Source: Malacoraja senta
Taxonomy: Eukaryota
Direction: 5' to 3'
Length of the DNA stretch: 64,000 nt
NCBI GenBank assembly: GCA_038087875.1
Contig: JAXLNO010000563.1
Span: 124,001-188,000, forward strand
Shown here: positions 1 to 13,100 of the stretch, piece after piece
How positions within the stretch are numbered: the stretch's first letter is position 1
Layout of the letters: each line of letters begins with the position of its first letter
Program-made: the position numbers and the translations under genes
The notes under the pieces: model-generated
Told to the model about the DNA's origin: nothing
Seen by the model: only the letters and a program-made list of their open reading frames with translations
Databases searched by the model: none

Positions 1-2462
1 ATAGATTAAGCAAGTATGTTAGTAGACTAATACATGAGGATCAAACAGGATTTATACCTAAGAGACACTCATTTAATAATTTGAGACGTTTGCTTAACAT
101 AATGCATTCACATAAATCTGATGACCAAGAGTTAGCTATCATCTCACTGGACGCAGAAAAAGCGTTTGATCAAGTAGAATGGGACTATATGATCAAAGTA
201 TTGCAAAAATTCCAATTGGGAGAAAACTTTATTGCATGGATAAAACTACTATATAACAAACCTACGGCTAGAATACTAACTAATAATATATTATCTTCAA
301 AATTCGAATTATCTAGGGGCAACAGACAAGGATGTTCACTATCACCGCTGTTATTTGCTTTGGTAATTGAACCCCTTGCTGAAAAAATAAGAACACACTC
401 GAATATTCACGGTTATAACACAAAATATTCAAACAACAAACTATCCCTATATGCTGATGATGTACTACTGTACATCACAAAACCACAAATTAGTATACCA
501 AATATATTAAACTTAATTGAGGACTTTGGATCCTTTTCAGGATATAGAATAAATTGGAACAAAAGTGAAATTATGTCGATTAAACCAAAAGACTCAACAC
601 ATCTCAGGAAATTCCCTTTTAAAATAACTATGGAAAAATTCAAATATTTAGGAATTGAGATTACTAGAAATTACCATGATATGTTTAAAGCTAATTATAA
701 TCCCCTACTTAAGAAATTAAATAATCTGATTAAATTTTGGAAAACACTTCCGATGTCCTTAATAGGTAGGATAAATGCTATAAAAATGATTTTCTTGCCA
801 CAAATCCTTTACCTATTTCAATCAATACCTATATATCTCCCAAAAAAGTTTTTCAAAAAACTGGACTCAGACATTACAAATTTTATATGGGATTACAAAT
901 CCCACAGAATACAAAGAACCCACCTTAACAAACGAAAAGAGTTGGGGGGTCTAGCGCTCCCTAACTTTATGTATTATAACTGGGCAGTAAATATTAAAAA
1001 TATGATTCACCTGCTGGACAATTCTGCCCAGCAGGTGGACTGGATTATAATGGAAAAAGGGGATTGCTCCCCGAATAATATAGGAGCGATTATTCTCTCT
1101 CCAATAAATTTGAATAATAAAAATTATAATAAAAATCCAATTATATATAGCACTATTAGAACATGGAAGCAAATAAAACAGAATCTAAAATTAAGAAACC
1201 TATCTCTCTTAATACCAATAGTCAATAACCCATCGTTTAAATCTTCAATCATAGATAAAGCATTTATACAATGGGAAAGAATGGGAATTAAAACGCTCGA
1301 AGATCTGTATGAATTAGAAAAATTACTATCATTCCAACAACTACAACTGAAATATAATTTGAAAAATAATCAATATTTTAAATATCTACAAATCTGTGAC
1401 TATTTGAAAACACACACAAAAGATTATTATAATATGCCTTCCGACTTACTAGATGAAGCAATGAAGACAAAGGCGGAATCAGTTAATTTAATATCATACT
1501 TATATAATATCATCTTAAATATAGAAATACCCACAACAGATGGAATTAGAAGAGATTGGGAACAAGATCTAGGTATAAAAATTTCAAAAGAGAGTTGGGA
1601 TAATCATTTATTACAGGTGCATAAATGCTCGATCAACGTACGACATACGCTTATCCAATTTAAAACATTACATAGATTATATTATTCAAAAACCAAACTA
1701 AATAAAATCTTTCCTAACGTCTCACCAATCTGTGATAAATGTATATGTCAAGAAGCTACCATAGCACATTCTTTTGTTTTTTGTACAAAAATCCAAAAAT
1801 TCTGGTTTGAAATATTTGATATTTTTTCAAAATTAATCAAAAGAAAACTGGTACCAAAACCAGAATGGATTATTTTTGGAATATCGGAAGGTATTCCTGA
1901 ATTAAACGTGTATCAGAAGAATTTACTCAATTATGGGCTAATAATGGGAAAAAAGCTTATACTTAAATTCTGGAAAAATGCGCCCACACCAACAATAAAA
2001 ATGTGGACATCAAATATGTTGGAAACATTACATCTGGAAGAGATGAGATTCCTCCTAGTAGGCAAAGTAGATCAATTTCAAAAGACGTGGTCTACGTTTT
2101 TGGACCTATTACAAGCATGAGGTGCAATAGTAATTTAGAAAAACAAATAAATAAATAAAAGGTATCTGGACCTGGTAATGGGAGGTAAAATAAAAACAGA
2201 CTTGGTTGGTAGTTCCTTCTCTATGAAGTATGGTATAAGAATTATAACAGAGCGATTGTTCCTTCTTTCTTTCTCTTTTTTTTTCTAGGGTCTATTTTCT
2301 AACTTTACTTCCTTCTCTAACTTCTTTTCTAAGGGGCTTTCTTTTCCCAACACTCTTTTGCACTTCACAACCTTTGTGCACTTTCTTCACTTTTCTTACT
2401 TCTTTCTTTTTCTTAAAACAAAAAAAAAAAAAAAAAACAAAAAAAAAAAAAAAAAAAAAAAA
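1..2462 (+). mobile_element. L1-clade LINE, 3' part: ORF2 RT and C-terminal domain (frame open from the window edge to the stop at 2120), 3' UTR and poly(A)
   Basis: ORF 81..2120 has non-LTR RT motifs SLDAEKAFD, QGCSLSPLLF, LYADD and KYLG plus a C-terminal CDKC...H...C motif, with no internal stops. A-tract at about 2415-2462. Confidence 0.95.
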
Positions 2463-3118
2463 GACTATAAAAATTAAAGCGAAGAAGTACAACGTAGCAA
2501 AGATAAGCGGGAAGCAAGAGGATTGGGTAATGTTTAAAGAACAACAGAAGATAACCAAAAAGACAATACGGGGAGAAAAGACGAGGTACGAAGATAAGCT
2601 AGCCAAGAATATAAAGCAGGATAGTAAAAGCTTCTTTAGGTATATGAAGAGGAAAAAATTAGTTAAGACCAAAGTTGGACCCTTGAAGACAGAAAAAGGT
2701 GAATTTATTATGGGGAACATGGAAATGGCAGATGAGTTGAACAGGTACTTTGGATCTGTCTTCACTAATGAGGACACAAGCAATCTTCCTGATATAGTAG
2801 TGGCCTGAGGATCTGAGGTGACGGAGGAACCATTTAGAACGGAGACGAGGAAACACTTTTTCTCACAGAGAGTAGTGAGTCTGTGGAATTCTCTGCCTCA
2901 GAGGGCGGTGGAGGCAGGTTCTCTGGATGCTTTCAAGAGAGAGCTAGAGAGGGCTCTTAAAAATAGCGGAGTCAGGGGATATGGGGAGAAGGCAGGAACG
3001 GGGTACTGATTGGGGATGATCAGCCATGATCACATTGAATGGCGGTGCTGGCTCGAAGGGCCGAATGGCCTACTCCTGCACCTATTGTCTGTTGCCTATT
3101 GTCTATTGTCTATTGTCT
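2463..3118 (+). mobile_element. CR1-clade (HER1-like) LINE fragment with an internal deletion and an intact 3' tail
   Basis: Peptide KNIKQDSKSFFRYMKRK...EMADELNRYFGSVFT jumps to the C-terminal FFSQRVVSLWNSLP; tail gggccgaatggcctactcctgc followed by (tattgtc)n. Confidence 0.9.
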
Positions 3119-3786
3119 AGTAAAATGAAGGAATATCCACGGAACATGAGGGGTGGCATTGAAATAGTAACAAAGAGGAAATGTGAATAGCAGAACTCCC
3201 CTTCGAGAAACCAAAGTTAACCGCCTAGAAAGAGTTACTGGAGAAGTCTTATTGAATTAGGCACTAAGGGAATGGATACTTATTGTCAGTCGATGTATTT
3301 GACCGGTGAATCTAAATTTGTCTAACCCTTGACAGTAAAGCGGCTCCTGTTATCAAGGTGTAAAGAAATTGTCCCTAGATTCGACATTCTTAATTGGCTT
3401 TATAATAATCTACAACATATGGAAATTAATTGATTAAAATTTAAACATCTAGGAATTCCACAGCAATTGAATTGAATTGTGTTATCGACCACACGCTGTG
3501 GAATGAGAAGGGTGAGACGGACCCTGAAACGTAAAATATTAAAATTGAAGGCTGAGATCTTCTGGAAGAGCACTTGGGACTGCGTGACCTTTTGGAGTGT
3601 CTCTGCTTCCACGAGGCTAGAAGGACTTGGCCAAGCAGATAAAAGGATCGAACCCGCGGTGGTTAGGTATCGTATAGGAGAATTTGTGTTGTGTTATTCA
3701 GAATAAAGTATAGTTGATCAAGTGCTTGATTCAGTATTGTATTGACTGAAAATAGACTGGGGGGAGCTTAGAACGAGCTATTTACA
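3119..3786 (+). mobile_element. LTR relic related to the solo LTR at 7448-8529
   Basis: Shares gatcttctggaagagc...caagtgcttgattcagt...tagactggggggagcttagaa...gagc with the 3' half of the 7448-8529 LTR, has AATAAA near 3703 and ends in CA. The 5' boundary is approximate. Confidence 0.7.
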
Positions 3787-3924
3787 TTGGGAGCCGTAAC
3801 GTGGGAGTCTGATGAGGCCGCAGTCTCTGTCTTCTGACTGTTTTTTATCTACACTTTCTCTAAAGTTGTAACACTGTATTCTACACTCTTTTGTATTACC
3901 TTTCACATGACCTGATGTACTCGT

Positions 3925-4240
3925 TTCAGTTTAGTTTACTATAGATATACAGCGAGGAAACAGGCCCTTCAGCCCACTAAGTCGGCACCGACCAGCAATC
4001 CTCGTACACTAGCACTATCCTACACATACTAGAGACAATTTGCACTTATACCAAGCCAATTAGCCTACAAACCTGTACGTCTTTGGAGTGTGGGAGGAAA
4101 CAGAAGATCTCGGAGAAAACCCACGTAGTGACGGGGAGAACGTACAAACTCCATACAGACAGCATGAATAGTCAGGATCAAACACGAATCTCTGGCGCTG
4201 TAAGGCAGCAACGCTACCGCTATGCCACCGTGACGCTCCC
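3925..4240 (-). mobile_element. HE1-type tRNA-derived V-SINE
   Basis: Reverse complement reads cacggtggcatagcggtagcgttgctgccttacagcgccagaga...gagtttgtacgttctccccg, ending in a HER1-like tail with (taaac)n. Confidence 0.85.
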
Positions 4241-4894
4241 ACCACCATGCCATAGGTTTATGGTACAATTTGCCTGGATAACACACAAAATATTGTCATT
4301 GTACCTCAATTCAAGTGACAATCATGAAACAATACCAATAACTCTTGAGAAAGATGCTGAAGTTTATGGTGTAGCTGCTGATGGAGTACTTTTAGGGGTG
4401 GAAGATTGCAACCTTCACGTGGTTCACCCTGTTTCAACTAATGCAATCAACCCAACGTGCACAAACAAATAGATCAAATAGAACAAGTTGACTTGCAACT
4501 TTAGGCTATGCACATCATACGCAAGAAGAAGAGTAATTTTACACTATAGAATTTAGAGATACAGTGTGCAAACAAGCCCTCCAGCCCACCAAGTCTTTAC
4601 CGAAACTAGCGTGAACAGGGTGATTAATGGTCAATGTGGACTCGGTGGGCTGAAGGACCTGTTTCCATGCTGTACCTGTAAATACCCGATGCTGACTGGG
4701 TAGGCTTGGAGTGCGTTCCTTCTCCTTTCTCCCTTCTCCAATTTGAAAAGGAGGAACAATTTACAGAGGAACTCCACGCTGGGGAAGAAAAGACAATGTT
4801 TTCCCCATTCCCATTCCCATTGTCTCCCTCTGTGGATCCAATCCCACTCCTTCCACCATCCTGGATTCTTGTACAAAAGATGTTGTACACTTGC

Positions 4895-5600
4895 CAAAAG
4901 TAGACACAAAGTGCTGGAGTAGGTCAGCGGGTCATGCAGTATCTCTGGAGCACATGGATAGGTGATGTTTCAGGTTGGGACCCTTCTTCAGTCTGATGGC
5001 AGTGGAGGAGGAAAAAGCTGGGAGGTGGGGGTTGGAACAAAGCCACGCGAGTGATAGGTGGATACAGGTGAGAGGGACGTTTGATCGGCAGGCAGTTGGA
5101 CCAAGGTCATAATACCATAAGTGATAGGAGCAGAATTAGGCAATTCGGCCCAACGTCTACTCTGCCATTCAATCATGGCTGATCTATCTCTCCCTCCTGA
5201 GCCCATTCCCCTGCCTTCTCCCCATAGCCCCTGATACCCGTACCTATCAAGAATCTATCTATGCCTTAAATATATCCACTGACTTGGCCTCCACATCCTA
5301 CTGTGCCAAGAATTCCACAGATTCATCACTCTCTGACTAAAGTAAATCCTCCTCATCTCCTTCCTAAAGGAACGTCCTTTAATTCTGAGGCTATGACCTC
5401 TTGTCCTAGACTCTCCCACGGGTGGAAACATTCTCTCCACATCCACTCTATCCAAGGCCAGAGATGAACAGATCAAAGGCTGTGAGATAAGGAGTAAGGA
5501 GAAGAGGCATGAAATGTAAAAAGGGGAAAGGAGGGTTGTTTTGAAATGGGTGTGTATCCAGATGAGGCAGAGGGAAGAGAGGGGGGAAAGAGTGTGCAGA
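4895..5600. mobile_element. Penelope-type terminal repeat relic interrupted by a minus-strand CR1 3' fragment (about 5108-5455)
   Basis: acacaaagtgctggagtaggtcagcggg...cccttcttcag motif shared with other copies in the window; CR1 peptide GESRTRGHSLRIKG...FSQRVMNLWNS on the minus strand. Confidence 0.65.
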
Positions 5601-5775
5601 GCTGTGTATGTTAGATAACTAATATTGCAGAATTGAATGTTTAATCCATTCATATAACACAGATCAGCGCACAACAAAGGATTGTCAGGGATGTTTTAAA
5701 CTACGGATGAATATTAGCCAGAGTCAAACACCAAATATCCACTTGTCCCCATCATCCATTTCCAACAGTACTTAC

Positions 5776-5900
5776 ACCACAATCAATGATTGCCATGAGT
5801 GCACAACACATCATGCTCTTGCATGCCTCTGCCACACGTTGATCTGCTCCTGTTCCTGCAACCTGCAGCCCCAGGAGGACAGAGAGCAGAGTCTCAGCAT
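5776..5900 (-). pseudogene. Frameshifted exon 1 of a SOUL/HEBP2-like paralog
   Basis: Aligns with exon 1 at 17271-17402 (same ATG, 5' UTR and GTAAGT donor) but lacks the 7 nt tttaact after codon 4 (125 versus 132 nt). The restored frame reads ...LSVLLGLQVAGTGADQRVAEACKSMMCCALMAIIDCG. Exons 2-4 were not found in the window. Confidence 0.85.
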
Positions 5901-5989
5901 CTTGGGCTCTGCTCTGGTCACTGTTGGATGCACCCAGTCACTCTCCACACCTCCAGCTGGATCTGCTGTCTGAGCCCTGAGTTCAAACC

Positions 5990-5997
5990 TTTTTATA
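5990..5997 (-). promoter_or_regulatory. TATA box of the pseudogene paralog
   Basis: TATAAAAA about 90 nt upstream of the ATG, at the position homologous to 17492-17499. Confidence 0.55.
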
Positions 5998-6749
5998 CTG
6001 TTTCATGAAGATGATTTTGAATGCTGTGGCTGAGAACTGAGTCAGGTTATATATATATATTTTTAAAAGTTTTGTTCTGAGCTAATGGAAGCAGACAATT
6101 TAATGGACGTGTGTGTTAACTGTTGCTGGACGGCGAGCTCTGGGGAAGGTGGAGTCACCAGTGAGGATGGTCATTATTGGCATCGGTTTGTGAGTGGTGG
6201 GGGAGTGGTGTTCCTAATCCACCAACATCCAAGTCCCAGCCCTGGGACCTTCCCCATCTTTGAATCAGGTCCACAAGACAGGCCGATGCACCAACTGAGA
6301 CGGAGAGGGTTGTCAGAGAAATATCATAGACCAGAGTGGAATTTAAACCTGAGAAGATCTAATGTCACGCGCTTTCGGACCTGATTTTTTCAATTGGAGA
6401 GAGTCTGCGGATCAGATATTGCCCATTTTACACCCTCGCTCAAAGATAAAATGAGAAGATGTGACCTGGTGTTTAAAGGTAAGAAAACAGTTTTCAGTGG
6501 GGGTGAGGGGAAGTCTGAATTGTAACCAGTCGAACAATCCTTTCCTGACCCCAACCAGTATTATAATATCTTTCACAGATAGTCCTGCTGTTCCATCCAT
6601 ACCTCCTGCCATCCTCTCTGCAATCGGAAACTGTGTTTTGGCATCTGAAATTTTCTTATTTTTCAGTTGTGAGATATGGCTACCAGAAAGCACAGTGAGG
6701 AATGAATCTGTTCTTGCTCAGTACCTGATACAATTGTGTTAGACATCCA

Positions 6750-7180
6750 TGTGTTAAAAATGCCATACTTTGTACATATTGACAGTCTTCCCCAAAGCCC
6801 TCAACCCCACCAATATTACTATAATCTTCAAACATACTAACTAGCCCATCTACACTTATGTCCAAATCATTTACATATATCACAAACTGTGGAAGTGCCA
6901 GCACAGATCCCTACAGAACTCCACCAGCACAGATCCCTACAGAACTCCTCCAGCCTGAACATTGACCTTTCACCATAGCTCTCTGTCTTCTATCAGTAAG
7001 CCAGTTCTGAATTCATATGACCAAGTCACTTTTAATTCCATGCATTTTAATCTTCTGGATCAGCCCACCAGGGGAGACTTGATCAAATGCCTTCATAAAA
7101 TCCATGTAGACAACATCCACCGCCATCCCCTCATCGATCACCTTACCCACCTCCACAAAACACCCGATCAAGTTATAGGG
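6750..7180 (-). mobile_element. CR1 RT fragments
   Basis: Minus-strand peptide PQFVIYVNDLD...LVSMFEDYSNIGG, a degenerate form of the CR1 IYINDLD...KFADDTKIGG motif. Confidence 0.7.
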
Positions 7181-7447
7181 GAATCAAGGACCAGAGGATG
7201 GAGGTTTAAGGTGAAGGGGGAAAGATTTAATAGGAATCTGAGGGGTAATTTTTTCACACAAAGTGTGGTGGGTGTATGGAACAAGTTGTCAGATGAGGTA
7301 GTTGAGGCAGGGACTATCGCATATTTTAAGAAAGTTAGACTTGTGCATGGATAGGACAGGTTTAGAGGGATAAGAGCAAAATGCAGGCAGGTGCGACTAG
7401 TGTAGATGGGACATGTTGGCCGGTGTGGGCAAGTTGGGCCGAAGGGC

Positions 7448-8529
7448 TGTTAATCCTGGCTAAATTGGACCAGCCGGGACTTCAAAATGGGGTTAAGTTT
7501 CAGGGTTTGCTGGGCGATTTGGTCAAATTGGAATTGCTCTCTGCAGAGATGGGACAGGCTGCGAGAGGTGCTAGAAACTTAGATATAATTAACCAGCAAA
7601 GAATGGGAAGCCTTGCAAGCCCTGTCAATCTGGTATTAAATGCATAGAATGGATTGGATGTCTGCAAACCAGACATACACCTTGTAAATAGCTTGTAAAT
7701 AATGTTGCAGAATCTAATAGCCCTGTCCCACAGTGCAAGTTCATTCCAAGAGCTCACCCGAGTTAAATAAAAAATCAAACTCGTGGTAAGCACGGAGAAT
7801 GAACGTAGCGGGTACGTCGGAGCTCGGGGACGTCTCTTAGCGCTAACGGCAGGAACTCGGGAAGACTCGCTAACGGCAGGTAAGCACGAGAAGACTCGTG
7901 AAGATTTTTCAACATGATGAAAAATGTCCACAGCCCCGAGTACCGACGAGTGGCCATTACCGCAAATCTACGAGTTCGAATCAGGGCAAACTCGGGAGAA
8001 CTCTTGGAATGAAATGTACCGTGGGACAGGGGTTTGACTCTGCTAAGTGTTGATTAGATGGGTTGGTGAGCCTTGTGTGGGATTTCTGTTAATCAGGGTA
8101 AATGTTTCCAAGTTGACTTCATCTCGAAGTCCGTTGTGAATACAATGTATTGAACTGTTGTATCATTGGGTTAGGGAAATGCTTGTTATGTATGAGGTTA
8201 ATCGATATTTGTAATTGGGTGATTAAGAGACGACCCCCGTGGTTCGGCCCTCGAGTTCGCGGGACGTATAAAAGTCCATGATCACAAGGCTCAGCGTCGA
8301 TCTTCTGGAAGAGCGCTCAGGACCGCGTATCCTTCTGGAATGCTTCTGTCTGCGCGAGGCCTAGAGGGCTTGAACAGATAGACGCAAGGGTCGAACCCAA
8401 GGTGGGATAGGTACCGTGTGTGATCTGTGACGTGCTTTTGGTAAACTAAAATGTAGTTGATTCAAGTGCTTGATTCAGTTTTTGTACTGAAACTAGACTG
8501 GGGGGAAGCTTAGAAAAGAGCAATTATCA
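7448..8529 (+). mobile_element. Solo LTR (ERV1- or Gypsy-like) with a 4-bp TSD
   Basis: Starts TG, ends CA, flanked by GGGC at 7444-7447 and 8530-8533; TATAAAA near 8267. Confidence 0.85.
7721..8031. mobile_element. MITE (PIF/Harbinger-like) nested in the LTR
   Basis: Terminal inverted repeats ccctgtcccac...gtgggacaggg, similar to those at 40928-41162. Confidence 0.7.
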
Positions 8530-9991
8530 GGGCCTGTTTCCACACTCTATCACTATGATTCCATGACTGTTAGCAACTCACAACCTGCCATGTGCAAAGC
8601 CATGCTGAATGTCCCTAAGTAACCCATTGTTGTCCAAATGAGAGTACATCCTATCACAAAGAATCCTCTCCAATAGCTTTCCTACTACGAAGTCGAAGGT
8701 GGCGGAAATATCGGAGACATTTCTTGGATGCGGTGGCTGGTGGGATGAAAGGTGAGAAGAGGTGTTATCTGTCCATTCCCTCTACAGGTGCAGCCTTACT
8801 TGCCATGTTCCTGCAACGTTTAGTTTCATGGATGAAGACTCCAGCATCTGCAGTTTCATGTATCTCCATGCCTGGGGTATCTGAGTATGTTGACCAAACC
8901 TACTCACTGTATTTCCATAATGCCATTATATCTTGTAGTTCTGTCATTCTAACAGCACTACTGTTTTGCTTTCAGTCATATTAGTGATGTGGTCTCACCA
9001 AGCTGTGCACAAATGCAGCAAGACTTCCTGATGCACTTTCAACAATCATCAGTGAAGGGCAACATATCGTGCGTCTCTCCAACTGTGTGCTGAGCCAAGG
9101 AGTCACTGTGGGACTGGAGATGTGATCAGTGACCAGTTCTGTTTCTGAGTAAGAATCGACCTGGAGACCCAGTGTTGTGATGCATCACCCTCTTTATTTC
9201 ACAGTGAGAATACATTCCCAGCAGTTTGGAAAACAAAGCACACACAAATAATCTAAAGACAAGGGCTTATTAATGCCGCAAGATCAGCTGAGAATGGACT
9301 GGTGTTAACAGGAGCAATGGCCCACTAGTAGCTCCTCCAATCAATGAGTTGCTTTTCCTACAGCACCCAGGGATTACACTCTCCACATTGCAGAGGACAG
9401 GACACTGTTGCCCAGAGGAGGCCCCCACCCGTGTACAACTGTGCAGTGGGGAGACTTGGAGCAGATATCTCTGCCTTGATGGCTCTTTCCCCAAACACCC
9501 AGATGTCCAACCAGAGAAAGCCTCACATTGAAGTGAATGTAGCTGGTTCATTGTGACTGAGGTGTGAGCCCCTTCACTGCATCCCTGTGGGTGGGAGGTG
9601 GGAATTGGCAACTGCATTAGAGGGCAGTGTTTATACACAGGGTACAGGGGATGGTTCAAAACCCCAACAGTGGCAAACGTACAGGGTTCATCTAATGTGT
9701 GTAACATGGAAACATAGAAAATTGGTGCTGGAGTAGGCATTTGACCCGTTTGAGCCATTCAATATGATCATGGCTGATCATCCAAAATCAGTACCCTGTC
9801 CAGTTATTTCCCATATCCCTTGATTCTGCTAAATCACCCAGAGCAGGTTTGGCTCCATTAAGATGCCACAGAAATACATGTTCTTGCTGTAGTAGGTGGA
9901 AGACCCTTGTTAAAGTGAAGAATAGAGTTCAGCACATCTCACTGTTTGGAATCTGTAAATGTAGCAGAACCTCTGAGAGGGAGATTATGTT

Positions 9992-10145
9992 TCACTTTTT
10001 TGAAAATACTATTTGCACAAGTCCCCGTGTGTTGTACCATGCGATATACACATAATGGCTGTGAAAGGAACGGTGGTCTTTCTCCAAGTCCTTTTTAAAT
10101 TCATTGGCGAGTCTCTCGTAGTCTTCAGGTTTCTGCTCCAATGTC
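9992..10145 (-). CDS. SOUL/HEBP2-like exon 4 (coding part)
   Basis: Acceptor ttcttaattgttgacag|, peptide TLEQKPEDYERLANEFKKDL...IAWYNTRGLVQIVFSKK then TGA. Candidate minus-strand AATAAA at 9193-9198. Confidence 0.85.
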
Positions 10146-13100
10146 CTGTCAACAATTAAGAACAATTGTTCCATTAAGTGAACAAAAGACCACTTTCCGG
10201 ATCGCTGAGGTTGAATGTGAGCTGGTATCATCGCTCCCTCTGGGCTGGGAACACAGTCGGCCCCAGACAGTGAGAAGCAGAGTCTGCTCCCCACTGGGAG
10301 ACTCGGAATTCAGTCCTGACGCAGGGTTTAGACACGTACACCGACAACTCCTTTCCCTCCTCAGATACACTCTGACCCACTGAGTTCCTCTGGCACAACT
10401 TTTGATGGTCTGAATTATTTTTCCCTCCCTCAGTGCTTTCCTTCCTCCACCCACATCACTCTCCCCTCAGATCATTGAACACCATGGTTGCAACACTCGG
10501 CTTTCCTCCTGTGTGTGACTGCTGACCTCTGTTGGCAGTTACTTGGTGCAGGACTGAATTCAGGAATCCTTTGTACAAGTCATGGAATATCGAGCATGGA
10601 AACCGGCCCCTTGTCCCAACTTGTCCATGCCGACCTAAAGGCCCCATCGAAGTAAATCTTTCAAACAACTGAGTGAGAGGGGGAGGGGCCATGTGTCTGG
10701 GGATGGAATCTTGTGAAGCTGGTGGTAATTCTGTAGAGTCTAGAGGTGGGGAAGGAATGAAGTCAAGGCAGCAAGATGTTCTTTTGGTGGGGAAGGACAA
10801 ATGGAAATACCAGGGATGTGGAGGCATCTTTACTGTGGAAAAGGTGTGATGATGCTGCAGAAGGTGCAGAGGTGATTCACCAGGATGTTATCTGGGATGG
10901 AGTGATTCAGGTATGTTACCAGATCCCAGATTAGTTTATTGTCAACACAGGACTGTGTTACAGTGGAAGAGTATTTAGGGAACAGTAATCACAACTCCAT
11001 AAGTAGAAACAAGGAACTGCAGATGCTGGCTTACAAAAATGACACAATGTGCTGGAATAACACAGGCGGTCAGGCAGCACCTCAGGAGAACATGGACAGG
11101 TGACGTTTCGGGTAGGAACCCTTCTTCAGACTCCAGAGATGCTCCCTGACCCGCTGAGTTACCCCGGCACCTTGTGTCCATAAGTTTCAAGATGTGTAGG
11201 AAGAAACTGCAGATGCTGGTTTACACTGAAGACACAAAATGCTGAAGTAACTCAGTGGGACAGGCAGGTCACTGAAAAGAAGGAATGGGTGATGTTTTGA
11301 TCGAGAAGGGTCTGAAGAAGGGTGTTGACCTGAAACGTCACCCATTACTTCTGTCCAGAGATGCTGCTGTCCCACTGAGTTAAACCTTACATACTCTTCC
11401 CTTGAAGAATATAAAGCACTGAGGAAAGTACACAAACAGGCAATTAGAAAGGATTAACGGGCCATGTAATGTCAATGTCAAGTTGAATTAAAGAAAATCC
11501 CAAGGTTTCTTGTATGTACAGTAAAAGAAGAGGGTAAAAAAGCAGAATGTAGTTTTGCTCAAAAATAAAGGAGGGAATATATGCTTGGGGCCGGAGGATG
11601 TAGATGAGGTAGTAAAGGATAACTTTGCATCAATATTCACTCAGGAAAGGAACAGGAAAACAAGTGACATCTGTATGGAGAATACTAGTAATATGCAATG
11701 AATTACAGAAATTGGTTTACAAAATGCTGGAGTAACTCAATGGGTCAGGCAGCATCCCTGGAGAACTATGGAGAAGTAATGTATTAACAGGGGTGATTGT
11801 GCTTATGTATGGGAATAGTCTTGCTGAGCTGCATGCAAAGACATTTATTTCACTGTACCTGGTACACATGACAATAAAGAAACCATTGAACCATTGAACC
11901 ACTGAAACATGGATCGCAACACTTCGAGTCAGGACACTTCTTCAGAAATGGGAGTGCAGTTTGAAACCAAGAAGGAAGAGGTGTTGGAGCTCGTGAAGAG
12001 CATTAAGGTGGATAAATCTCCATGGCCTGTTAGGAGCCAGGTTATTGAGAGAGGCAAGAGAAGAGATAGCAGGAGCTCCGATGAAGATCTTTGTATTTGA
12101 AGGGAGAGTGGACGCTGGCGCGGTTTAGCTGCCGCTGCTCTCTCTTCCCATTGTGTTTCTGATTTTTTTAATGTCTTTGAATTGAATTCTGTCTTTAATT
12201 TGTGTATTGGTGGTGTCTTTATAACTTATTTTACTCCGATTTATGTTTCTCTGTTATATTCTGTAAGGTGTCCTTGAGACTTTTGTATTGGCGCCCACAA
12301 ATAAAATGTATTATTATAATTATTATTATCCAGCCACAGGTGAAGTCCAGAACGACTGGAGTGTAACCAATGTTATTCCGTTGTTTAAGAAGGGAAGTAG
12401 AGATAATCTAGGACATTATAGTTTGGTTAGCCTCTCATCACTGGCCGGGAAGCTATTGGAGAGGATTCTTCGGGATAGGATTTACTCTAATTTGGATGGG
12501 CTTACTCGGGTCAGTCAGTGTGACGTTGTCAATGGCAGATAATGTCTTATGAACATTGATTGAGAAGGTGATCAATGAGAGTAGAACAGTGGATGTTGCC
12601 AACATGGATTTTGCAGGCAACACCAGAACTGATGGAGTTGCAGACAGTGAGAAATATTGTCAAAGTATACAGTGGGATATGGATCAGTTCCAGAAATGGA
12701 CCGAGAAACGGCAGATTGAATTTAATCTATTGAACTCAATTGGACGGCACGGTGGCACAGCGGTAGAGTTGCTGCCTTACACCGCTTACAGCGCCAGAGA
12801 CCCAGGTTCGATCCCGCCTATGGGTGCTGTCTGTATAGAGTTTGTATGTTCACCCTGTGACCGCGTGGGGGGTTTTCTGAGACCTTCAGTTTCCTCCAAC
12901 ACTCCAAAGACATACAGGTTTGTAAGCTAATTGGCTTAATTTAAAAAAAATGTAAATTGTCCCTGGTGTGTGTCAGACAGTGTTGGTGTGCAGGGATCGC
13001 TGGTCGGTACGGACTCGGGGGCAAAAGGGCCTGATTCTGCGCTGTAAATAAACTAAACTTTCACCAATCTCCTTGGTCACTTTTCAATAAACGCAATCAA

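Larger units (their letters stand above)
7180..8570 (+). mobile_element. CR1/HER1 3' end split by a solo LTR
   Basis: GESRTRG...RGNFFTQSVVGVWNKL; the tail gggccgaagggc|ctgtttcc is interrupted at 7447 and resumes at 8530. Confidence 0.8.

Noticed and set aside
2292..2808. Poly-Lys and poly-Phe ORFs (also 17539..17748, 14566..14817, 19696..20007 and 20038..20373)
   Set aside because: Translations of poly(A) tails, microsatellites or C-rich tracts.
3787..3810. ttgggagccgtaacgtggga after the LTR as a primer-binding site of a provirus
   Set aside because: It cannot be matched convincingly to a tRNA 3' end by eye and no gag or pol follows.
9200..9240. CACAGTG plus a 23-nt spacer as a V(D)J recombination signal
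   Set aside because: The nonamer position reads aaaacaaag, a poor match, and no V, D or J segment is adjacent. The IgV fragment at 21 kb ends in a splice donor, not an RSS.
12743..12825. tRNA gene (also 4160-4240)
   Set aside because: These are the tRNA-derived heads of SINEs and continue into the SINE core and LINE-like tail.
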